In this document: positions 7,763 through 13,816 of the stretch, one piece after another | Layout of the letters: each line of letters starts with the position of its first letter | How positions within the stretch are numbered: position 1 is the stretch's first letter | DNA from: Anaerohalosphaeraceae bacterium | Lineage (GTDB): Bacteria > Planctomycetota > Phycisphaerae > Sedimentisphaerales > Anaerohalosphaeraceae | DNA: 13,816 nucleotides | Reading direction: 5' to 3' | NCBI GenBank assembly: GCA_050309605.1 | Contig: JBNRMN010000024.1 | Coordinates: 1 to 13,816, forward strand | Program-made: the position numbers and the translations under genes | Notes under the pieces: model-generated | What the model was told of the DNA's origin: nothing | Seen by the model: only the letters and a program-made list of their open reading frames with translations | Database searches by the model: none

Positions 7763-8494
7763 ATGAATCGACACAGCGAAACACATCAGGTGATTGATCA
7801 ACTGAACCGGACGGCGCGCGAACGGGATGCCGTCGGCCGATTGCGGCTTATCGTCGAGCGGTTCGGCGATCAGGCGACAATGGCCACCAGTTTCGGGGCC
7901 GAGGATCAGGTGTTGACGGACATGCTGGCCGCATTGTCGGCTCAAATCGACATCTTTACCATCGATACCGGACGGCTGCCGCAAGAGACCTATGATGTCA
8001 TGGCACGGACGCAGGAACGGTATGGTCTTCACATTCGGCTGCTGTTTCCCGATTTTCAGGCGGTTGAACAGATGGTCAATCGGTATGGGCCGAATTTGTT
8101 TTATGATCGCATTGAACTTCGGAAACACTGTTGCACGGTCCGCAAGGTCGAACCCCTGCGGCGGGCACTGGCCGGTCGTCAGCTCTGGGTCTGCGGTCTG
8201 CGGCGTGAGCAGTCGGTTACACGACAAGCACTCGATTTTTTCCAGTGGGACGAACAGTTCGAACTGATCAAGGCCTGCCCGCTGGCCGACTGGACCGAGC
8301 AGCAGGTGTGGGACGCGATTCGCTGCGGCAATGTGCCTTTTAACCGCTTGCATGACGCCGGCTATCCCAGCATCGGCTGTGCGCCGTGTACCCGGGCGAT
8401 TGAGCCTGGACAGGACGTGCGGGCCGGTCGCTGGTGGTGGGAAGCGCCGGAGCACAAAGAATGCGGACTGCATTTGAAAAAAAGTAAAGATTAA
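7763..8494 (+). CDS. cysH: (Phospho)adenylyl-sulfate reductase, [4Fe-4S] APS-reductase type
   Basis: TSFGAED, IDTGRL, CC..RKVEPL, GLRREQS..R, GYPSIGCAPCT, R.GRWWWE, ECGLH. ATG 7763 after GAGGTG SD. Confidence 0.93.
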   Translation: MNRHSETHQVIDQLNRTARERDAVGRLRLIVERFGDQATMATSFGAEDQVLTDMLAALSAQIDIFTIDTGRLPQETYDVMARTQERYGLHIRLLFPDFQAVEQMVNRYGPNLFYDRIELRKHCCTVRKVEPLRRALAGRQLWVCGLRREQSVTRQALDFFQWDEQFELIKACPLADWTEQQVWDAIRCGNVPFNRLHDAGYPSIGCAPCTRAIEPGQDVRAGRWWWEAPEHKECGLHLKKSKD

Positions 8495-8557
8495 AAATCA
8501 AAGATCAAAACTGTGGATTCAGCTTTCGCTGATGCTGCATAATAAAGGAATCCAACA

Positions 8558-9451
8558 ATGACAAAGACGATGACGCAATTGGATGCGCTGGAAGCCCAGA
8601 GTGTGTATATCTTGCGGGAGGCGTATCGGTCGTTCAAGCAGCTTGTGATGCTTTGGTCTATCGGCAAGGACAGCACGGTTTTGCTCTGGCTGGCGCGCAA
8701 GGCGTTTTTCGGGCATGTGCCGATCCCGCTGATGCACATCGATACCGGATTTAAGATTCCGGAGATGATTCAGTATCGCGATACTTTTGCCCTGAAGTGG
8801 AAGCTGAATCTGATTGTCGGACAGGATGTTGAGGCCCTGGAGCACAAACACACCTTTCCCGACGGCACCCTGTCGCGTCTGGTCTGCTGCAAACGGCTCA
8901 AAAGCGAAACGCTCAAGCATACCCTCAGCGGCGAATGGCCGCGCTGGGTACTGAACCACAAGACCGGCACCTATGAACGGCAAGACGGCGGCGAGCCGTT
9001 TACCGGCGTGATCGTCGGCGCGCGGGCCGATGAAGAAGGCAGTCGCAGCAAAGAACGCTACTTTTCGCCGCGCGATACCCACAGCGAGTGGGATATCGCC
9101 GAGCAGCCGCCGGAGTTGTGGAATCAGTTCAACACCGACTTTGCCCCCGGTACGCACGTGCGGATTCATCCGCTGCTGGACTGGACGGAGTTGAATATCT
9201 GGGAATATATCGAACGCGAAAATATTCCGATTATCGACCTGTATTTTGACAAAGGCGACGGCAAACGCTACCGGTCGCTGGGGTGTGCGCCGTGTACGGG
9301 GCCGGTCGATTCGACGGCCAAAAACGTCCGCGAGGTTATCGAAGAGCTGCGCAGCGGAAAATTCAGCAACATCGCCGAACGCTCCGGCAGGCAGCAGGAC
9401 GCCGAAGACGGCGGCGGTCTGGAGACGCTGCGCCGCGAAGGTTATATGTAG
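8558..9451 (+). CDS. cysD: Sulfate adenylyltransferase subunit 2
   Basis: [22 protein letters not shown]-loop, [48 protein letters not shown]-terminal REGYM. Start 8558 or 8570. Confidence 0.93.
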   Translation: MTKTMTQLDALEAQSVYILREAYRSFKQLVMLWSIGKDSTVLLWLARKAFFGHVPIPLMHIDTGFKIPEMIQYRDTFALKWKLNLIVGQDVEALEHKHTFPDGTLSRLVCCKRLKSETLKHTLSGEWPRWVLNHKTGTYERQDGGEPFTGVIVGARADEEGSRSKERYFSPRDTHSEWDIAEQPPELWNQFNTDFAPGTHVRIHPLLDWTELNIWEYIERENIPIIDLYFDKGDGKRYRSLGCAPCTGPVDSTAKNVREVIEELRSGKFSNIAERSGRQQDAEDGGGLETLRREGYM

Positions 9452-9519
9452 GAATGTAAAATTAAATGTAAAAATACAGAGCCGCCTTTGGCGGAACTGC
9501 TTTCTACAGAGAGGTTGTT

Positions 9520-11355
9520 ATGTCCACTGTATTGGAAAGCCAAATGATAAAGAACGACACACAGGGGGCGCAGAAGATGAATATTGTCATCATCGGGCAT
9601 GTCGATCACGGCAAAAGCACGCTGATCGGACGGCTGCTGGCCGATACGCAATCGCTGCCGAAAGGCAAACTGGAGGCGATCAAGGCACAGTGCGCGTATC
9701 ACGCTCGTCCGTTTGAATATGCTTTTTTGCTGGATGCGCTCAAGGATGAGCAGTCGCAGGGGATTACCATTGATTCAGCCCGGTGTTTTTTCAAGTCGAA
9801 AAAACGCGAGTATATTCTGATCGATGCGCCGGGGCATATTGAGTTTTTGAAAAATATGATCAGCGGCGCTGCGCGGGCCGAGGCGGCGGTGCTGGTCATC
9901 GACGCCCATGAGGGCGTACAGGAGAACTCGCGACGGCACGGGTATCTGCTGGGAATGCTCGGCATTCGACAGGCCCTTGTCTGTGTCAATAAAATGGATT
10001 TGGCCGGTTATGACCGGCGTGTGTTTGAGCGCATCCGGTCGGAGTTTTCCGCTTTTCTGACGCAGACGGGGATTACAGCCCGGCATTTTATTCCCATCAG
10101 CGCTCGGGACGGCTTTCAGGTTGCCGCGGCAGGCGATGCGATGCCGTGGTACGATGGGCCAACCGTGCTGGAGGCGCTGGACGGTTTTGAAAAAGAACCG
10201 CCGCGGGTGGACCAACCCCTGCGGCTGCCGATCCAGGACATTTATAAGTTTACCGAGCAGGGCGACAACCGGCGGATTTTTGCCGGGCGCATCGAGACCG
10301 GGACGCTGCGTGTCGGCGATGCGGTGGTGTTCTATCCATCGGGTAAACGCTCAACAATTGCAAGCATCGAGGCGTTCAATGCCCCGCCGGCGCATGAGGC
10401 GGCGGCCGGCGAAGCCGTCGGCGTTACCCTGCGCGAGCAGATTTATGTCCAGCCCGGTGAATTGCTGGTACGCGCCGATGAGCCGCCGTCTGCGACGGCC
10501 CGTCAGCTTCGCGTCAATTTGTTCTGGATGGGGCGTGAGCCGATGATTTTTAACAAACGCTATCTGCTCAAGCTGGGCACGGCACGGGTGCCGGTCTGGC
10601 TGCGTCAGATTCGCACCGTGCTGGATGCGTCGGAACTGACTACCGAGCGGAACCGACGGCATATTCAACGGCACGATGTGGCCGAGTGTGTGCTGGAGAC
10701 GCTCAAACCCATCGCCTTTGATCCGACCGCCGAGATCGCCCAGACAGGGCGTTTTGTGCTGATCGATAATTATCATATCGCCGGCGGCGGGGTGGTGCTG
10801 CAAGCTGAAAACGCCGCCGCCGACCGATTGAGCGAACACGTGCAGCAGCGCGAAAAAAGCTGGCGGCGCAGCCGTATCACGCCGCTGATGCGGTCGTATC
10901 GCACCGGCCAGCGCTCGACGCTGGTGGTGATTGCCGGTCCGCCGCAAACAGGCAAGGCCGATCTGGCCCAGGCGCTGGAAGAAAAACTGTTTGCCGCTGG
11001 ACGACAGGTGTATTATCTGGGGCTGGACAACAGTTTAATGGGCATTGATGAAGACATCAGCCGCAGCTATCTGCGCGATGAATACTTGCGGCGGCTCGGC
11101 GAGGTGGCGCATTTGTTTACCGACGCGGGAATGATCCTGATCACGACCGTCAGCGATCTGGATAGCTATGAGCTGCAAGTGCTGCGCACGCTGAATCATC
11201 CGGGCGAAAATCTCATCATTGGCGTCGGAGCACACGGCCTGGCGGCATCGGATGTGGATTTGATGCTGGACGTGCCGCTCAATCCGTCCGAGGCGGCCGG
11301 GCAGGTGGCCAACCTGCTGACCGAACGCCATTATCTGCCGGAATATTACCTTTGA
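9520..11355 (+). CDS. cysN: Sulfate adenylyltransferase subunit 1 (GTPase) fused to a degenerate APS kinase-like domain (CysNC architecture)
   Basis: [27 protein letters not shown] GTPase motifs; EF-Tu-like domains [14 protein letters not shown]-terminal CysC-like domain with altered motifs. GAGG SD. Confidence 0.9.
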   Translation: MSTVLESQMIKNDTQGAQKMNIVIIGHVDHGKSTLIGRLLADTQSLPKGKLEAIKAQCAYHARPFEYAFLLDALKDEQSQGITIDSARCFFKSKKREYILIDAPGHIEFLKNMISGAARAEAAVLVIDAHEGVQENSRRHGYLLGMLGIRQALVCVNKMDLAGYDRRVFERIRSEFSAFLTQTGITARHFIPISARDGFQVAAAGDAMPWYDGPTVLEALDGFEKEPPRVDQPLRLPIQDIYKFTEQGDNRRIFAGRIETGTLRVGDAVVFYPSGKRSTIASIEAFNAPPAHEAAAGEAVGVTLREQIYVQPGELLVRADEPPSATARQLRVNLFWMGREPMIFNKRYLLKLGTARVPVWLRQIRTVLDASELTTERNRRHIQRHDVAECVLETLKPIAFDPTAEIAQTGRFVLIDNYHIAGGGVVLQAENAAADRLSEHVQQREKSWRRSRITPLMRSYRTGQRSTLVVIAGPPQTGKADLAQALEEKLFAAGRQVYYLGLDNSLMGIDEDISRSYLRDEYLRRLGEVAHLFTDAGMILITTVSDLDSYELQVLRTLNHPGENLIIGVGAHGLAASDVDLMLDVPLNPSEAAGQVANLLTERHYLPEYYL

Positions 11356-11402
11356 AATTGATTATTGATTATTGGTACTCAGTGATTGAGGATGAGCAAT
11401 AG

Positions 11403-12686
11403 ATGTTTAAGCCATTGATTCCATACGGACCTGTCAGGCTGCTGGGGACGTATCCGCAGCGGCAGGAAGGACTTTTTATGCAGCGTATTCCTTTCCTGGG
11501 TGGACGGATCACGCCGAGACAGCTTCGGCGGGTTGTTGAACTTGCCGAGGAGTTTACCGGCGAAACGCCGCTTCATATCACGACGCGGCAGGATATTGAA
11601 CTGCACAATATTGCCGAGACGAATGTGGCCGAGGTGCAGGCGGCGCTGGCCGAGATCGGGATTTCGACATACGGTGCGTGCGGTGATTTTGTGCGCAACA
11701 TCACGGTGTGTCCGTGCTGCGGGTTGGATCCGGCGGCGGTGGAGATGACGCCGCTGGCCGAACAAGTGCGGGACGCGGTGTTGTCGGCGGCCGGGGCGCT
11801 GGACCTGCCGCGCAAGTTCAAAATCAGCTTTACCGGCTGCGGCGGCACGGGGGCGCGGCCATATCTGCAGGACTTGGGTTTTGTGGCCCGATCGCCGGAG
11901 TCGATTCGGGTCATTGGCGCCGGTTCGCTGGGGCCGCGGCCGCAGCCGGGAATTGTCTTGTACGATTCGATTCGGCCTGGGGAGGCGGTCCCGCTGGTCT
12001 TTGCGGCGCTGGAGGTCTTTGCCGAACACGGCGACCGAGAGAACCGCCGCACGGCCCGATTGCGGCACGTTCGACAGCGGATGGGCGATGAGACCTTCAG
12101 AGTGCTTCTGGATGGCGCCTTTCAAAGACACAAAAATGCGGCGTCGCACGCGCCGGTCAGGCTTTCGTTGGGACAGTCGGGCTTTGACCACCGGTTGACG
12201 CTGCAAACCCTCGGCGGCGATATATCCTGTAAGCAGGCGCAGGACATAGCGAATTTGGCCGATGGTCAAGCAATTCAGATACGCATCAATCTGTGGCATG
12301 GTATCGATCTGTACAGTCGTGTGCCGTTTTCTCTGCCGCCGTCACTGCATCCGCTGACCCATCGACCCCGAATTGTTGCTTGTCCGGGTAACAGCACCTG
12401 CACACGGGGGCTGGCCAACTGCCGAGCGGCAGCCGAAGCGATGGCCGAGGCCCTGGCCCAGAGTAAAAAAAACGATGTGACCGTCGGCATCTCCGGTTGT
12501 CCGAACAACTGTGCCCTCAGTGTCGTGTGCGATATCGGATTGGTCGGGCGGGTCAAGACGATGGACGGCGTTCGACAAGAGGCCTTTGATATCTATACCG
12601 GCGGCAACGGCGGCGATGAGCGGCTGGCTCAGCGCAAAGACACCGTCGCGGCGGCGGATTTGAAAAACTATTTTGCGCGGTCGTAA
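11403..12686 (+). CDS. Siroheme/[4Fe-4S] sulfite (nitrite/sulfite) reductase hemoprotein, probably ferredoxin-dependent assimilatory sulfite reductase
   Basis: FMQRIP..GG, HITTRQDIELH, GD.VRNI, LPRKFKI, DLGF, GDRENR..ARLRH, and ligands CPGNSTC (Cx5C) and SGCPNNC (Cx3C). Last gene of the cys operon. Confidence 0.85.
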   Translation: MFKPLIPYGPVRLLGTYPQRQEGLFMQRIPFLGGRITPRQLRRVVELAEEFTGETPLHITTRQDIELHNIAETNVAEVQAALAEIGISTYGACGDFVRNITVCPCCGLDPAAVEMTPLAEQVRDAVLSAAGALDLPRKFKISFTGCGGTGARPYLQDLGFVARSPESIRVIGAGSLGPRPQPGIVLYDSIRPGEAVPLVFAALEVFAEHGDRENRRTARLRHVRQRMGDETFRVLLDGAFQRHKNAASHAPVRLSLGQSGFDHRLTLQTLGGDISCKQAQDIANLADGQAIQIRINLWHGIDLYSRVPFSLPPSLHPLTHRPRIVACPGNSTCTRGLANCRAAAEAMAEALAQSKKNDVTVGISGCPNNCALSVVCDIGLVGRVKTMDGVRQEAFDIYTGGNGGDERLAQRKDTVAAADLKNYFARS

Positions 12687-12708
12687 GTGGAAAAACAGCC
12701 AAATTGGT

Positions 12709-12728
12709 AACCGTTCACCGGTTTTTTT
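12709..12728 (+). terminator. Weak possible terminator of the cys operon
   Basis: AACCG-ttcac-CGGTT followed by a T run; the stem is short. Confidence 0.3.
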
Positions 12729-12811
12729 CAGTTGGACCCATTCGTTTATGAAAGTCAATGACCGTCCGCCCCTTCGGGGCGACAACAACGCGACACCAGC
12801 GCGCACAACAC

Positions 12812-13102
12812 CGCGGCGCAACATTGCGGCACAACAGCGCGGCGGCGCGAGCCGCCCGATACGGGGATGCGGATAAATGGGACGTTTTGCAAGACGCCAC
12901 AGGATCCGGCGGCTTGCGCGGCTCGGCTGTTGTTACGTGTCGCAATCCGGCCGCTTGCGCGGCTCGGCTATTGTACGATGACGCGGCGCAACATCGCGGA
13001 CAACAGCGCGGCGGCGCGAGCCGCCCGATACGGGGATGCGGATAAATGGGATGTTTTGCAAGACGCCACAGGATCCGGCGGCTTGCGCGGCTCGGCTGTT
13101 GT
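12812..13102. repeat. Direct repeat (~121 bp x2, 12812-12933 and 12982-13102), each holding an inverted pair of ~30-bp REP-like units, plus one extra unit at 12945-12974
   Basis: ATCCGGCGGCTTGCGCGGCTCGGCTGTTGT at 12904 and 13073, variant at 12945. Imperfect reverse complements ACAACAGCGCGGCGGCGCGAGCCGCCCGAT at 12831 and 13000. Confidence 0.85.
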
Positions 13103-13105
13103 AAA

Positions 13106-13283
13106 CTCTCCCCCTGTCAAGGGGGAGTACCGCGAAGCGGGGAGGGGGGTAAAAAACAAGAAAGATTCCATGGCCGCAGTGTGGCCAAATGGGAAACAGG
13201 TAACAACTACGAACTGACATGGGGGGACGCAACCACCCCTGTCCTGCTGGCGCAGGACGTCCCCTCCTTGAAAAGGAGGGGAG
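13106..13283. repeat. Two oppositely oriented G/C-tract double-hairpin elements (REP-like)
   Basis: CTCCCCCT-gtca-AGGGGGAG-ta-CCGC-gaa-GCGG-ggaggggggt (13108-13150) and accacccct-GTCCTGC-tggc-GCAGGAC-gt-CCCCTCCTT-gaa-AAGGAGGGG (13232-13281). Confidence 0.65.
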
Positions 13284-13285
13284 CT

Positions 13286-13321
13286 AAAAAAAACGGGTCT
13301 GGCGCGCGTTGCGCCAGACCC
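13286..13321 (-). terminator. Rho-independent terminator of groEL
   Basis: GGGTCTGGCGC-N5-GCGCCAGACCC 11-bp stem (13295-13321) with A8 at 13286-13293 (U-tract on the minus strand), 37 bp after the groEL stop. Confidence 0.8.
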
Positions 13322-13358
13322 ATAGGGTACTGGATTGACTGACAGGGGCTGCTGCGGC

Positions 13359-13816
13359 TTAGTACATGCCGCCCATTCCACCCATACCGCCCATGCCACC
13401 CATGCCGCCCATACCGCCGCCCGGAGGCATCGCGGGGGCTTCTTTCTTTTCGGGGATCTCGCTGACGACCGCATCGGTGGTCAGCAGCAGCGAGGCGATG
13501 GAGGCGCCGTTCTGCAGGGCGGTGCGTTCGACCTTGGTCGGCACGATGACGCCGAACTTGATCATATCGCCGTATTCCTTGCGGAGGGCGTCGTAGCCGT
13601 AGTTCTTTTCTTTGGACTCCATAACCTTCTGCGCGACAATCGAGCCGTCCAGGCCGCCGTTGACGGCGATCTGCTTGATCGGGGCGACGACCGCACGCCG
13701 GACGATATCCACGCCGACTTGTTCGTCGCCAACGCATTTGATCTTGTCCAGAGCGCCGGGGCACTTAAGCGACGAAACGCCGCCGCCGGGCAGGATGCCC
13801 TCTTCGACCGCCGCAC
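13359..13816 (-). CDS. groEL: Chaperonin GroEL, C-terminal part (partial, runs off the window)
   Basis: AAVEEGILPGGG, P.KQIA.N.G, GVIVPTKVERTALQNGASIASLLLTT, GGM repeat tail ending GGMY. Confidence 0.96.
   Translation of the reverse strand, partial: AAVEEGILPGGGVSSLKCPGALDKIKCVGDEQVGVDIVRRAVVAPIKQIAVNGGLDGSIVAQKVMESKEKNYGYDALRKEYGDMIKFGVIVPTKVERTALQNGASIASLLLTTDAVVSEIPEKKEAPAMPPGGGMGGMGGMGGMGGMGGMY

Noticed and set aside
12812..13102. Possible CRISPR array
   Set aside because: Units occur in both orientations, spacing is irregular, the intervening sequence is itself duplicated rather than unique, and no cas genes are present.
13362..13420. 9-bp tandem repeat
   Set aside because: Encodes the ordinary GGM tail of GroEL.
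12673..13474. Several overlapping ORFs (67-168 aa) between the reductase and groEL
   Set aside because: They translate GC-rich palindromic repeats, giving repeated low-complexity peptides with no SD or recognisable domain.

Overview
Bacterial chromosomal window. Gene content and style suggest a planctomycete such as Phycisphaerae, but this is inference only. Layout on + strand: 3' end of an unidentified ORF, lolD-like ABC ATPase, ilvE, a polyprenyl synthetase and a secreted DUF4139 protein. These converge on a minus-strand, overlap-coupled rnpA - MerR-like HTH - MlaD/MCE operon. An AT-rich divergent intergenic region holds a promoter-to-terminator unit with no credible ORF (candidate ~160-nt sRNA with repeated anti-Shine-Dalgarno CCUCCU motifs). 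Next is a sulfate assimilation operon (Rrf2/CymR-like regulator, DUF2061, cysH, cysD, cysN with a degenerate APS-kinase domain, short siroheme sulfite/nitrite reductase), then a mosaic of REP-like palindromes and the 3' end of groEL on the minus strand. Most notable: the candidate sRNA; a shared C-terminal [N/D/E]-Y-x-[I/L] tail on three proteins of the cys operon, resembling CysK-docking tails; a CymR-like operator; a CysD with the four-Cys Fe-S motif of APS reductases; and heptamer repeats placed right after several stop codons.
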